Assembly (NCBI GenBank): GCA_947647595.1
Contig: CANSKZ010000001.1
Location: 12,912 to 76,911, forward strand
Reading direction: 5' to 3'
DNA length: 64,000 bases
Source of the DNA: an uncultured Clostridium sp.
GTDB taxonomy: Bacteria; Bacillota; Clostridia; TANB77; CAG-508
Positions 29,026 through 37,756 of the stretch are shown here, piece by piece; position 1 is the stretch's first letter; every line of letters begins with the position of its first letter. Below the pieces are notes generated by a model that saw only the letters and a list, made by a program, of their open reading frames with translations, did no database searches and was not told the DNA's origin. Both the position numbers and the translations under genes were made by a program.

Positions 29026-29221
29026 CTTTCTCGTTCGTAGATTAACGGCTAGGTCCTATTTTATAAAATAAGATAATACCGTTTTATTTCTTTAGTACAA
29101 CGCCAAAATTATATCATAGGATACAAATGTAGTCAATGATAATATGATTAAATTTTATTTTTCTTAATTAAAATCTGCTAATGCAAAATATTGGAATATA
29201 AACTATAATACACATAAAAAA

Positions 29222-29253
29222 ATAGTGAATTCTAATATTTTAGAATTCACTAT
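29222..29253 (-). terminator. rho-independent terminator of tRNA-Met (minus strand)
   Basis: Perfect 13-bp stem atagtgaattcta...tagaattcactat. The A8 run at 29214-29221 gives a T8 run on the minus strand. Confidence 0.75.
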
Positions 29254-29261
29254 ATAAGAAT

Positions 29262-29338
29262 TGGTAGCGAAGGGGAGATTCGAACTCTCGACACCTTGGG
29301 TATGAACCAAGTGCTCTAGCCAACTGAGCTACTTCGCC
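29262..29338 (-). tRNA. tRNA-Met (anticodon CAT), elongator type, CCA encoded
   Basis: The reverse complement gives GGCGAAGTAGCTCAGTTGGCTAGAGCACTTGGTTCATACCCAAGGTGTCGAGAGTTCGAATCTCCCCTTCGCTACCA. It folds as a cloverleaf with GTTCGAATC in the T-loop and anticodon loop TTCATAC. It has no C1-A72 mismatch and no three G-C pairs in the anticodon stem, so it is not an initiator tRNA. Confidence 0.8.
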
Positions 29339-29444
29339 ATTTGAAATTAACAAATAATATTATAAACGTATTATTCCCATTTGTCAAGGAATTTATAAAA
29401 AAAATTAACAAAGTTACTAAACTTTAGAATAAAATATAAAACAA

Positions 29445-29462
29445 GGACAGAAAAATCTGTCC
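29445..29462. terminator. small bidirectional hairpin terminator
   Basis: ggacag-aaaaat-ctgtcc flanked by A and T runs. Confidence 0.4.
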
Positions 29463-29467
29463 ATTCT

Positions 29468-29656
29468 TTATTTTTTTGTTTTTGGAATTACAATTCCATT
29501 TTTCTTTTTTTCATTGTTTTTTGGTCTTAAATCATTCATACAATCACCAACGTCAGATATTTCTAAATCAGAATTGTCCCCAATAACGATTTCAATTTCA
29601 TTGTTTTTTGGTTTATCTTCTTGTTTTTTGTTTTGTTTTTTGCTTCCCAATTTCAT
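29468..29656 (-). CDS. small hypothetical charged protein (62 aa)
   Basis: RBS AGGAG 8 nt upstream of the ATG (MKLGSKK...). Its own terminator lies downstream. Confidence 0.4.
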   Translation of the reverse strand: MKLGSKKQNKKQEDKPKNNEIEIVIGDNSDLEISDVGDCMNDLRPKNNEKKKNGIVIPKTKK

Positions 29657-29737
29657 AACATACACTCCTATTTAAAAATTACCACACTTTTATTATATCA
29701 AAATTATTCTGTTGTGTAAATAGAATATTCATATAAT

Positions 29738-31174
29738 TCACCGTTTTTTCTCAAAGTGATTTAAAATATATGTTCGAAGTTCTTTTGATTCTTGATAAAA
29801 GCAATCTTCCTCGCTAGTAAAAATAAGAAATTCAGTTGCCTTCATTTTTGAAATTTTGTCAATCATATTTTGAATCCCATAATATCCTAAGTTTCCCAAG
29901 AAAGGTAAATCAAATGCACCATTATTTATCTTTAATGGAACCATATAAGTAGCAGCCTCAGAAGATAACACGATAACTTGCACACCATTAGTTTTCTTCG
30001 TTTGGATATAGTGGCTAATTGTTTCAAGTTTTTCTTTATTTTCAGAAGAAATGCCAATTGGATAAAAAGGATGATGTTTATCAAAGAATTCTAAAGAAAT
30101 ATAAACTTTAGAATAATACATCCCCTGACGAACCAAAACGCAAACCAAAATGCAAAAGCTAATAACAATAGACAATTTTTTATATAAATCAGTATCCAAT
30201 ATTTCACAAATCAATAATCGATCAATACCATAAATAAACAAAATGTAATAAAATAACATTGTCATATTAATATGGTATTCATTCATTAAAGGAAACATAT
30301 TAAAAGACATTCCGAAACTAAGACCTAATAAAAATATAATTTGGTGTTTGATTTCATTTTGTGTATTTTTTTGTGATAAAGCAAAAAGTGAAAATAGAAT
30401 AATAATCGCTATAATAAAGATATATTTCAAGTTATACCACATAAAAATACAATTAGATGAACCAAATTCCAAAATACTGCCAAAACATAAATTAATAAAA
30501 TTCCACAAATTATTTTCCTTATAAAAAAGAAAGCAAGTAACCAAAATACAAGGTAAAAATGCAGAAAGTTTTAGAAATTGATTTTTGAAAAATGCCTTAT
30601 GGAATCTAAACTGAATGGATTCGTAAAGCACAAGCCCCAAACCATAGTAAATGCCAGTGGTTTGTTTGGTAATAAAGATTAAGAACAGAAAAAATCCTTG
30701 CACAAAATGGTAATATTTAGAAGTATTATTTGTAATATGCCATAAAATTCCACCTAAACAAAATAGCAAAGCTAATTGATTATAGTTTGCACTATTTAGA
30801 AGACAAGGGCATTCTACAATAAGCCAAATAGAAGTATAGAGCATAGCCATAAATTTTTCTGCTCTCAAATTTCTAAACAAATAAAAAAGCAATAAAAATT
30901 TCAAAAAGTAAACGATAACACCATACATATTAAAGGTAACTAAATTAGCACCAAATACATGAAACATAAGATTTCCAAGAAAGAAAAAGAAAGGTGTAAT
31001 AATCACATTAAAATCCCTATAAATTAAATTACCCTGATACATTTTAAAAATACTTTGGAAGTTCCAAATATTATCAGTACATGAAAATTCGGTAAAATTA
31101 ATGCTGACTATAAGGAATAAAAAAAGTACTATAAAAAATAATATAATGAATAAGTTAGATTTTATTTTTTTCAT
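29738..31174 (-). CDS. polytopic membrane protein (10 or more TM helices) with a C-terminal extracytoplasmic domain; possible GT-C-type glycosyltransferase or polymerase-like protein
   Basis: 478 aa and highly hydrophobic. This matches the general architecture of ArnT/PMT/O-antigen-polymerase-like proteins, with no diagnostic motif seen. Start taken at the second ATG (RBS GGAG). Confidence 0.5.
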   Translation of the reverse strand: MKKIKSNLFIILFFIVLFLFLIVSINFTEFSCTDNIWNFQSIFKMYQGNLIYRDFNVIITPFFFFLGNLMFHVFGANLVTFNMYGVIVYFLKFLLLFYLFRNLRAEKFMAMLYTSIWLIVECPCLLNSANYNQLALLFCLGGILWHITNNTSKYYHFVQGFFLFLIFITKQTTGIYYGLGLVLYESIQFRFHKAFFKNQFLKLSAFLPCILVTCFLFYKENNLWNFINLCFGSILEFGSSNCIFMWYNLKYIFIIAIIILFSLFALSQKNTQNEIKHQIIFLLGLSFGMSFNMFPLMNEYHINMTMLFYYILFIYGIDRLLICEILDTDLYKKLSIVISFCILVCVLVRQGMYYSKVYISLEFFDKHHPFYPIGISSENKEKLETISHYIQTKKTNGVQVIVLSSEAATYMVPLKINNGAFDLPFLGNLGYYGIQNMIDKISKMKATEFLIFTSEEDCFYQESKELRTYILNHFEKKR

Positions 31175-31387
31175 ATTTTTCTCCATTATTTATTGTGTTT
31201 ACAAAAATATATAATTCATAGTAACATAATTGAGTAAAAAATGGCAAGAGTTTTTTGAAGATAAAAGAATTTATAAATGTCCAAAAATGTCGAACGAAAA
31301 CGATTGTATTATCGGCAAAAAACTGCTACAATAAATAAAAAGAAATGTGGCAGTTTCAAAAAATATACAAATTTTTACAAAAAAGTA

Positions 31388-31416
31388 TTTACAACAAATA
31401 AAACGTATGCTATAAT
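31388..31416 (+). promoter_or_regulatory. sigma-A promoter (TTTACA-17-TATAAT, TG-extended) for the first pilin-like gene
   Basis: tttacaacaaataaaacgtatgctataat. Confidence 0.5.
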
Positions 31417-31473
31417 ATATAATATAGAGATATGTTTATAAATTTATAAATATAAGAAAAGGAGGAAAAAACT

Positions 31474-31932
31474 ATGAATAGAAAGGTAATAAGAATTGTA
31501 TCCATATTGTTGATGGTGTTAATGGTAGTTAGTATGTTATCATGTTCCGTATTTGCTGCTGATAAGGAAGTAGTAAATAGTGATCAGTTTACAAACTTAA
31601 ATCAATTTAACAACAAATCAACAGATGCTGAAACAGCAGGCGTTTTTCAAGGATTTATTGCAACAGCAATTAACTTAGTTCAAGTTGTTGGTATGGCAGT
31701 TGCAATTATTATGCTTGTTGTAATGGCAATTAAATACATCTCTGCTGCTCCAAGTGAAAAAGCTGAAATCAAGAAAAGTGCTACTGTGTATATCGTAGGG
31801 GCTATTGTATTATTTGCTGCTGCAGGAATTTTACAAGTTATTAAAAACTTTGCAAGTGCAAATATTACTCCAGAAACAAAGGATGAGGATGTTGCTGTTG
31901 TAGAGATGATTGATGATACATATTTAGGATAG
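31474..31932 (+). CDS. VirB2/TrbC-like candidate T4SS pilin paralog 1 (signal peptide, variable region, two hydrophobic helices)
   Basis: RBS AAAGGAGG. It has a signal peptide, a variable region of about 45 aa, and then the conserved two-helix module (AIIMLVVMAIKYISAAPSEKAEIKKSATVYIVGAIVLFAAAGIL). Its own terminator follows. Confidence 0.6.
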   Translation: MNRKVIRIVSILLMVLMVVSMLSCSVFAADKEVVNSDQFTNLNQFNNKSTDAETAGVFQGFIATAINLVQVVGMAVAIIMLVVMAIKYISAAPSEKAEIKKSATVYIVGAIVLFAAAGILQVIKNFASANITPETKDEDVAVVEMIDDTYLG

Positions 31933-31952
31933 AATTTAATAAAATATAAATG

Positions 31953-31982
31953 GAGCCACGTTTTAAAAGCGTGGCTTTTTTT
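31953..31982 (+). terminator. rho-independent terminator
   Basis: agccacg-ttttaaaa-gcgtggct followed by TTTTTTT. Confidence 0.75.
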
Positions 31983-32087
31983 GGATAACTTTAAAATTAT
32001 ATTACATTTTGATTACATTTTCAAAAAAAGTATTGAAAAAAAATGAAACATATTGTAAAATGAAAATAGTAATTATTGGAGGAAAGA

Positions 32088-32477
32088 ATGAATAGACCAA
32101 GATTTAAGCAAATATTTGCTATCATATTAATTCTTATGTGTGTTTCTTGCATTTTTCCGGTGTCATTTGTGCGTGCAACAGGAAATAACTTTAATTTTTC
32201 TTCTTATGATAATCCTGCAAGTAATGCAGTAGCTAACAGTACTGCTAAAAAGGTAATGGGAATGGGAATTAATATTATAAGAGTTGTTGCAACAGGAGTT
32301 GCAGTTATTATGCTAAGCTATATTGGAATTAAATATATGATGGCAGCACCAGATCAAAAAGCAGAATTTAAAAAAAGTGCTACAATTTATGTTTTAGGTG
32401 CAATATTAATATTTGCAGCAGGAAATATTTTAACGATTATAGTCAATTTTGCAACAAGTAACATAGTAACCAAGTAA
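32088..32477 (+). CDS. VirB2/TrbC-like candidate pilin paralog 2
   Basis: ATG at 32088 after GGAGG. Conserved C-terminal module IKYMMAAPDQKAEFKKSATIYVLGAILIFAAGNIL. Confidence 0.6.
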   Translation: MNRPRFKQIFAIILILMCVSCIFPVSFVRATGNNFNFSSYDNPASNAVANSTAKKVMGMGINIIRVVATGVAVIMLSYIGIKYMMAAPDQKAEFKKSATIYVLGAILIFAAGNILTIIVNFATSNIVTK

Positions 32478-32512
32478 TATAGTAACGTAGAAAAATGTAT
32501 AAGGAGGAAATT

Positions 32513-32920
32513 ATGAAAAGGAATATAAGGGTGATTTGTGCAATATTAATTTTTTTAAATATAATATTCTTATTAGTAAATGTGTCATTGGCGGCAACAA
32601 TAAGTTCAGTAGATTCGCTTTTAGGTGAAGTTAAAGTTGGAAATACGACTTGGAATGATGCAGATACTACAAAAGGTGTAACTAATACAACACAAAAAGT
32701 AATCTCGACGGGGATTAATGTAATAAGAGTTGTAGGAACAGGAATTGCAATTATTATGTTGACATATGTGGCGATTAAATATATGTCAGCAGCACCAAGT
32801 GAAAAGGCAGAATTCAAGAAATCTGCAACAGCTATGATTGTAGGAGCAATTGTATTGTTTGCTGCTACAAATATATTAAAGATTATTGCAAATTTTGCTA
32901 CAGCTAATATAGGTTCATAG
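32513..32920 (+). CDS. VirB2/TrbC-like candidate pilin paralog 3
   Basis: RBS AAGGAGG. C-terminal module about 88% identical at DNA level to paralog 4. Confidence 0.6.
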   Translation: MKRNIRVICAILIFLNIIFLLVNVSLAATISSVDSLLGEVKVGNTTWNDADTTKGVTNTTQKVISTGINVIRVVGTGIAIIMLTYVAIKYMSAAPSEKAEFKKSATAMIVGAIVLFAATNILKIIANFATANIGS

Positions 32921-32930
32921 GAGGAAAAAA

Positions 32931-33323
32931 ATGAAAAAGAAAATAAAACAAATTTTTATAACATTATTTTTTATAAGTTTAATACTTTTTTTACAAAACA
33001 CATCATTTGCAACAGGCTGGTCTGCAACAACTGAAATAACTAATGCTGATAAGGGTTGGAGCCAGGATATAAATGATGGTGGTATAGGCAATACGACAAA
33101 AAGAATAGTAGGAACAGCAATTAATGTGATTAGAATAGTAGGCACAGGAATTGCAATTATCATGCTAACTTATGTAGCAATTAAATATATGTCAGCAGCA
33201 CCAACTGAAAAAGCAGAATTCAAGAAATCAGCAACAGCAATGATAGTAGGAGCAATTGTATTATTTGCTGCTACAAATATATTGACAGTTATTTCTAACT
33301 TTGCTGCTTCAAATGTTAAGTAA
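32931..33323 (+). CDS. VirB2/TrbC-like candidate pilin paralog 4
   Basis: RBS GGAGG. IKYMSAAPTEKAEFKKSATAMIVGAIVLFAATNIL. Confidence 0.6.
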   Translation: MKKKIKQIFITLFFISLILFLQNTSFATGWSATTEITNADKGWSQDINDGGIGNTTKRIVGTAINVIRIVGTGIAIIMLTYVAIKYMSAAPTEKAEFKKSATAMIVGAIVLFAATNILTVISNFAASNVK

Positions 33324-33358
33324 TTTAACTTTTAATTAGAATTTGATAAAACAAAAGA

Positions 33359-33383
33359 AGCTACATTTTGTAGCTTTTTGTTA
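33359..33383 (+). terminator. rho-independent terminator
   Basis: aagctaca-ttt-tgtagctt followed by TTT. Confidence 0.65.
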
Positions 33384-33472
33384 TATAAAAATAATTTCAA
33401 AAAATGTTGAAAAAAATAAGAAATTCAGTTATAATAAGTTTAAGAGGAAAATAAATTTGAGGAGGAATAAAT

Positions 33473-33859
33473 GTGAGCCAAAAGTTGAGAATAATTTTAA
33501 TAGTAGCGTTGTTGATTGTTGGAGTATTTTTTATAAATAATGAAGTGTTTGCAGTAGCTCAAAAGGGAAAAAGTTTGGTAAATTCCTTTAGTGGTACTGG
33601 CACAAATGTGATTGATACTACAGAAGGAGGGGGATTAATTGATAAAATTGCTGGTCCAATTTTATCAGTAATGAGAATTGTTGCAATTGGAATTGGTATG
33701 ATTATGATAACGTTTTTAGGAATTAAATATATGTCAGCAGCACCTACAGAAAAAGCAAGTATAAAAAATCAATTAATTGCATTTGCAGTTGGATTGGCTG
33801 TTGTTGTATCAGCAACAACTATATTACAAATGATATATACAGCTGTAACAAATCTATAA
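33473..33859 (+). CDS. VirB2/TrbC-like candidate pilin paralog 5 (GTG start)
   Basis: GGAGG lies 8 nt upstream of the GTG. The ATG at 33471 runs into a stop immediately. IKYMSAAPTEKASIKNQLIAFAVGLAVVV. Confidence 0.55.
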   Translation: MSQKLRIILIVALLIVGVFFINNEVFAVAQKGKSLVNSFSGTGTNVIDTTEGGGLIDKIAGPILSVMRIVAIGIGMIMITFLGIKYMSAAPTEKASIKNQLIAFAVGLAVVVSATTILQMIYTAVTNL

Positions 33860-33879
33860 TAATATAAGGGAGAATAATT

Positions 33880-34263
33880 ATGAGATTGAAAAAAGTAATC
33901 ATTTTATTAGTTTTATGTATGATTTTTATTTGTTTAATACCCAAAAAAACATTGGCAACAACAATTACAGATGGAAATCTTAAGAATATTGTCGAGAATC
34001 CAAAAATGAAGGATGTTGGTAAAGCAACTACTGGTGGCAGGATACAAAAAGTATTAAATACTGTTATAAAATTGATACAATTAGCGGGGACAGCTGTATC
34101 TGTCATTATGGTAACGATGCTTGGAATTAAATATATGCTATCAAGTTCGACTGAAAAAGCTGAAATAAAAAAGACGGCAATGCCAATTATTATTGGTTGT
34201 GTATTATTATTTGCAGCCGTTAATTTAGTTGGTATTATTGCAGATATTGGAGTTAATCTTTAA
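33880..34263 (+). CDS. VirB2/TrbC-like candidate pilin paralog 6
   Basis: RBS AAGGGAG. IKYMLSSSTEKAEIKKTAMPIIIGCVLLFAAVNLV. Confidence 0.55.
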   Translation: MRLKKVIILLVLCMIFICLIPKKTLATTITDGNLKNIVENPKMKDVGKATTGGRIQKVLNTVIKLIQLAGTAVSVIMVTMLGIKYMLSSSTEKAEIKKTAMPIIIGCVLLFAAVNLVGIIADIGVNL

Positions 34264-34285
34264 AAGAAGAAATAATAAACAAAAA

Positions 34286-34316
34286 ATGGAAAAGCAAATT
34301 GCTTTTCCATTTTTTG
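34286..34316 (+). terminator. rho-independent terminator
   Basis: atggaaaagc-aaatt-gcttttccat followed by TTTTTT. Confidence 0.75.
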
Positions 34317-34502
34317 TCGTTTTTATTACATTTGTGTTACAAATGCAAAATTTGCGTGAAAAATGTTGAAAAATGATTTGTTTTAAAGTATAATAATATT
34401 GAGATAATATAAAAAGTAAAAATGGGTCAACTTAGAAATACACGATTGTTTTAGATTAAAAGGAAGGGAGAAATTAGTTGTTAAAACTAATTAAAAATAA
34501 AA

Positions 34503-34913
34503 ATGAAATTATATAAAAAACTCTTGTTAATGTTTGTAGTAGTTAATCTATTAGTAGGCTGGATTTGTTTTAATAAGTTTGAAGTGAGTGCAACAGATTT
34601 TATAACGAAAATGGAAAAGGATGCTTCAAGTTTTATTTCATCAGGAGAAACGGAAGCAAATAAAAAGAAAATGGGAAATGTTACAAAAGCCATTACTGAT
34701 AACTTTTCAGGGCTAGGTCAACTTTTGACGATGGTTGGTGCTGGTGTTATGGTTGCAGTTGTGTCGTATATGGGAATTCAATATATTATGGCTCCACCAG
34801 ATAAGCAAGCAGCTTTAAAGCAACAATTGATTGGTGTTGTTGTGGCAGGAATTGTTATATTTGGAGCTTATGGAATTTGGAAAGCGGTTTTAGGAGTTGT
34901 ATCGAATTTTTAA
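34503..34913 (+). CDS. VirB2/TrbC-like candidate pilin paralog 7 (most divergent; first gene of the downstream operon)
   Basis: Same topology (IQYIMAPPDKQAALKQQLIGVVVAGIVIFGAYGI). Weak RBS. A TTGAAA-17-TATAAT promoter lies at about 34374-34402. Confidence 0.5.
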   Translation: MKLYKKLLLMFVVVNLLVGWICFNKFEVSATDFITKMEKDASSFISSGETEANKKKMGNVTKAITDNFSGLGQLLTMVGAGVMVAVVSYMGIQYIMAPPDKQAALKQQLIGVVVAGIVIFGAYGIWKAVLGVVSNF

Positions 34914-34934
34914 GAAAACAAAGGAGGAAAAATT

Positions 34935-35285
34935 ATGGGAACGTATTATATACCACGTAATTATAAGGGAGAATCAAGAATATTATATATTTTTTCAGTA
35001 AAATCATTACTAACAACAGCGATTGGCGCTGGAATAGGGGCCATATTTCTTTGGCTGTTTTCGATGATGGCATTGAAGAAAGTAGGCATTATTATCATGG
35101 CGATTTTTGCTGTGGTTGGATATATTGTGGGAGCAGTTAAAATTCCGACGATTGTCAGTATTCCAGTTACAAAGAAAATTGGTGGAGAGCCAATTAGTGA
35201 AATTATTATTCGTTATGTGAAATTTAAGAAAACACGTAAAATATATACTTATTGCCAAAACAAAGATACTAAGGAGGAAAATTAG
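34935..35285 (+). CDS. small two-TM protein, VirB3/PrgI/TcpE-like by size, topology and position immediately upstream of the VirB4-like genes
   Basis: 116 aa with two adjacent hydrophobic helices and no signal peptide. RBS AAGGAGG. Confidence 0.5.
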   Translation: MGTYYIPRNYKGESRILYIFSVKSLLTTAIGAGIGAIFLWLFSMMALKKVGIIIMAIFAVVGYIVGAVKIPTIVSIPVTKKIGGEPISEIIIRYVKFKKTRKIYTYCQNKDTKEEN

Positions 35286-36626
35286 ATGGATATTATTACA
35301 TTGTTGCAAATCATGATTGGCTTTATTATTTTTATCATGTTTTTGTTGGTTTTATTTTATTTATATTTAATTAAACCCAAAAAACAGAAGAAAGAAGAAG
35401 AGTCAACTCAAATTGGATATGCACAGGAAACAGGAAAAGAAAAGAAAATAGAAAATTATGGACGATTCCAAGGAGAATTGACACAAGAATCCATTTTTGA
35501 TTTTATGGAATTTGACGAAGTAATTGACAATATGATTGTTCGTAAGAACAAGACACAATATATCATGGTTTTACAATGTAATGGTGTGAATTATGATTTG
35601 ATGTCTGAACAAGAAAAAATTGCGGTTGAGGAAGGATTTGTACAATTTTTGAATACGCTTAGATTTCCAATCCAATTATATGTGCAAAGTAGAACATTAA
35701 ATTTGAAAGATATTGTGGCTGGCTATAAGGAAAGAGTGAATGTTGTTAGCAATGATATTAGTAAAATTGACATGAAGATTGAACAAGCACAAAGAGCTAA
35801 TAATAAAGCTTTACTAGAAAAACTTTATTTTGAGAAAAGAAGAAAACAAAATGTTTTGGAATACGGAATTGATATTACAAATTATGTGGACCGATTGAAT
35901 TCTAATCAAAATATTTTGCAACAAAGAACTTATGTGATTGTTTCCTTTTTTATCAATGAGCTTGGTGGAAGCATGGAAAATTATTCGAAAGAAGAAATTG
36001 ATAATATGTGTTTTTCAGAGCTTTATACGAGATGTCAAAATGTTTCAAGCAGTCTTATGGGGTCACAAGTTAGTAGCCGAATTTTGGAATCAGAAGAGTT
36101 GATGGAATTATTGTATATTGCTTATAACAGAGATGAATCGGAATTATATCAATTACAAAAAGCATTGGATGCACAATATGATGCATTGTATAGTACAGGA
36201 AAAGATGTGTTGCAAAAGAAACAAGAAAAATTGGACAAAGAGATTAATATTGCAGCCATCGATATGGCAACAGATAGCATTCTAAGAGCAGATAAACAAA
36301 AGCAAAAGGAAGATTTAGAAAGAGAAAAAGATAAGACAAGAGCGATTAAAGATAAAGCATCTGAGTTGTTAGACCAATATGAAGACCAATTGAATCCAAG
36401 AGTTTTTGAATTGGCGAAGGAGAATGTTCGAAAAAGTCCAGAACCAGAAGAAAAGAAGGAATCTCAAAAGATTCCTCAAAAAACTGGGACAAGACAAACA
36501 ACGGTAAGAAGAGTTCCAAAAGCTCAGGGAACCCAAGCAGAACCTCAAACAAGAGCACGAACAACAGGGACGGAAGCTCCAAGAAGAAAAGTTGTAAAAA
36601 GGAATAATACAACACCAGAAGACTAA
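35286..36626 (+). CDS. membrane-anchored protein (N-terminal TM helix) with a basic, T/P/K-rich C-terminal tail; probable T4SS component
   Basis: 446 aa. The region IMVLQCNGVNYDLMSEQEKIAVEEGFVQFLNTLRFPIQLYVQS resembles the N-terminal domain pattern of Gram-positive VirB4/ConE proteins (recalled from memory, not verified). Confidence 0.55.
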   Translation: MDIITLLQIMIGFIIFIMFLLVLFYLYLIKPKKQKKEEESTQIGYAQETGKEKKIENYGRFQGELTQESIFDFMEFDEVIDNMIVRKNKTQYIMVLQCNGVNYDLMSEQEKIAVEEGFVQFLNTLRFPIQLYVQSRTLNLKDIVAGYKERVNVVSNDISKIDMKIEQAQRANNKALLEKLYFEKRRKQNVLEYGIDITNYVDRLNSNQNILQQRTYVIVSFFINELGGSMENYSKEEIDNMCFSELYTRCQNVSSSLMGSQVSSRILESEELMELLYIAYNRDESELYQLQKALDAQYDALYSTGKDVLQKKQEKLDKEINIAAIDMATDSILRADKQKQKEDLEREKDKTRAIKDKASELLDQYEDQLNPRVFELAKENVRKSPEPEEKKESQKIPQKTGTRQTTVRRVPKAQGTQAEPQTRARTTGTEAPRRKVVKRNNTTPED

Positions 36627-36646
36627 AGAAAAATGGAGGAAATAAC

Positions 36647-37756
36647 ATGTTTGGAACAAAAAAACAAGAATCTACAAATGAGTTTGAATTAGAAGTCAAA
36701 AAAGAAAAAGAAGTGAAAAGCATTTTCAAAAAAGAGGAGAAGGATTTGAAGCATTTGATTGCTCCAGGAGGAATTGATGCGAGTTATACCAATCATATTG
36801 AAATTGCTTCTGGTCGAACAAGATATGCTAGAAGTATGATTGTGGCAGCTTTGCCTAGAATGTGTACGTTCCCAGAATTTTTGAGAGGAATGTATACGTT
36901 TGGTGATATTAATGTGTCTGTTTTTATTAATCCAGTAAGTGAGTCTACTTCTCAAACAGATTTGAACCGAACGATTAATGAGTTGGAATCTGAAAGGGTA
37001 GTTGCGCAAGATAGAGGTGATATTAACAGGGAAAGAATTATTGCACAGAAAAGGGCTGAAGCAGAAGAATTAAGAGATGCCATTGCAGCAGGTTTTAATA
37101 AATTATTTGATGCTACAATCATTTCCACAATTTTTGCTTATAGTATGGATGAATTGGATAAATATACAGAATTACTAAGCAATGAGATGTCTAAAAATTT
37201 GATTGATATGAAACCAGCTTGGGCGATGCAAGATGCTGCTTTTCGTTCGAATATGCCATTTTGTGAAAATAAATTAAATAAATCGCATACTTTTGATAGA
37301 AGAGCAATGTCAACGGTATTTCCGTTCTTTAATTCAGAAGTTGGTCATGATGATGGAATTCCACTTGGATTTAACAAGCAGACAGGACTTCCAATTTTGT
37401 ATAATAATTTTAGTTCGAAATTAACGAATTATAATATGATTGTATTTGGAAAATCTGGTGCTGGTAAATCAGTTACGATAAAAACACTTTCTGCACGTTC
37501 TTCGATTTTAATGGGAATCGAGAGTTTGGCTTTAGATGCAGAAGGTGAATATGGTTCTGTTGCAGAATCTTTAGGTGGTGTTAATGTTGTTATTAGCCCA
37601 ACTTCGAAAACAGTTATTAATGTTTTTGACATTGAACCTGAGGTAATTAAAGATGAAATAACAGGAAAAGAAAGAACGGTTGTAAGCGTTGAAAATAAAG
37701 TAGAAGATGTTACGCAAGGTTTGCTTACGATGGCAAGACGGAAGTACAGGAAGTAA
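36647..37756 (+). CDS. VirB4/TraE/ConE-family conjugation-type ATPase, N-terminal part including Walker A (gene interrupted by a frameshift near 37720-37745)
   Basis: LIAPGGID region. Walker A FGKSGAGKSV. The frame ends at ...TMARRKYRK and the next frame continues. Confidence 0.7.
   Translation: MFGTKKQESTNEFELEVKKEKEVKSIFKKEEKDLKHLIAPGGIDASYTNHIEIASGRTRYARSMIVAALPRMCTFPEFLRGMYTFGDINVSVFINPVSESTSQTDLNRTINELESERVVAQDRGDINRERIIAQKRAEAEELRDAIAAGFNKLFDATIISTIFAYSMDELDKYTELLSNEMSKNLIDMKPAWAMQDAAFRSNMPFCENKLNKSHTFDRRAMSTVFPFFNSEVGHDDGIPLGFNKQTGLPILYNNFSSKLTNYNMIVFGKSGAGKSVTIKTLSARSSILMGIESLALDAEGEYGSVAESLGGVNVVISPTSKTVINVFDIEPEVIKDEITGKERTVVSVENKVEDVTQGLLTMARRKYRK

Noticed and set aside
29262-29338. 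Whether the CAT-anticodon tRNA is an initiator tRNA-fMet or tRNA-Ile2 (lysidine)
   Set aside because: It has no C1-A72 mismatch and no three consecutive G-C pairs in the anticodon stem, so it is not an initiator. tRNA-Ile2 cannot be excluded from the sequence alone. It is reported as elongator tRNA-Met with that caveat.
31310-31350. Hairpin aaactgctaca...tgtggcagttt upstream of the first pilin-like gene as a terminator
   Set aside because: On the plus strand it is followed by A-rich sequence rather than a U-tract. On the minus strand it would have a T-run, but no minus-strand gene ends there. It may be an attenuator or incidental structure, so it is not called.
33343-33540. 65-aa ORF between pilin-like paralogs 4 and 5
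   Set aside because: It covers the terminator and promoter of the intergenic region, has no RBS, and overlaps the GTG start of paralog 5. It is intergenic, not coding.
36346-36729. 127-aa and 96-aa minus-strand ORFs overlapping the end of the 446-aa T4SS protein
   Set aside because: They are antisense to the basic, T/P/K-rich C-terminal tail of the 446-aa protein. That low-complexity sequence produces an open reverse frame (F/L/S-rich). No RBS.
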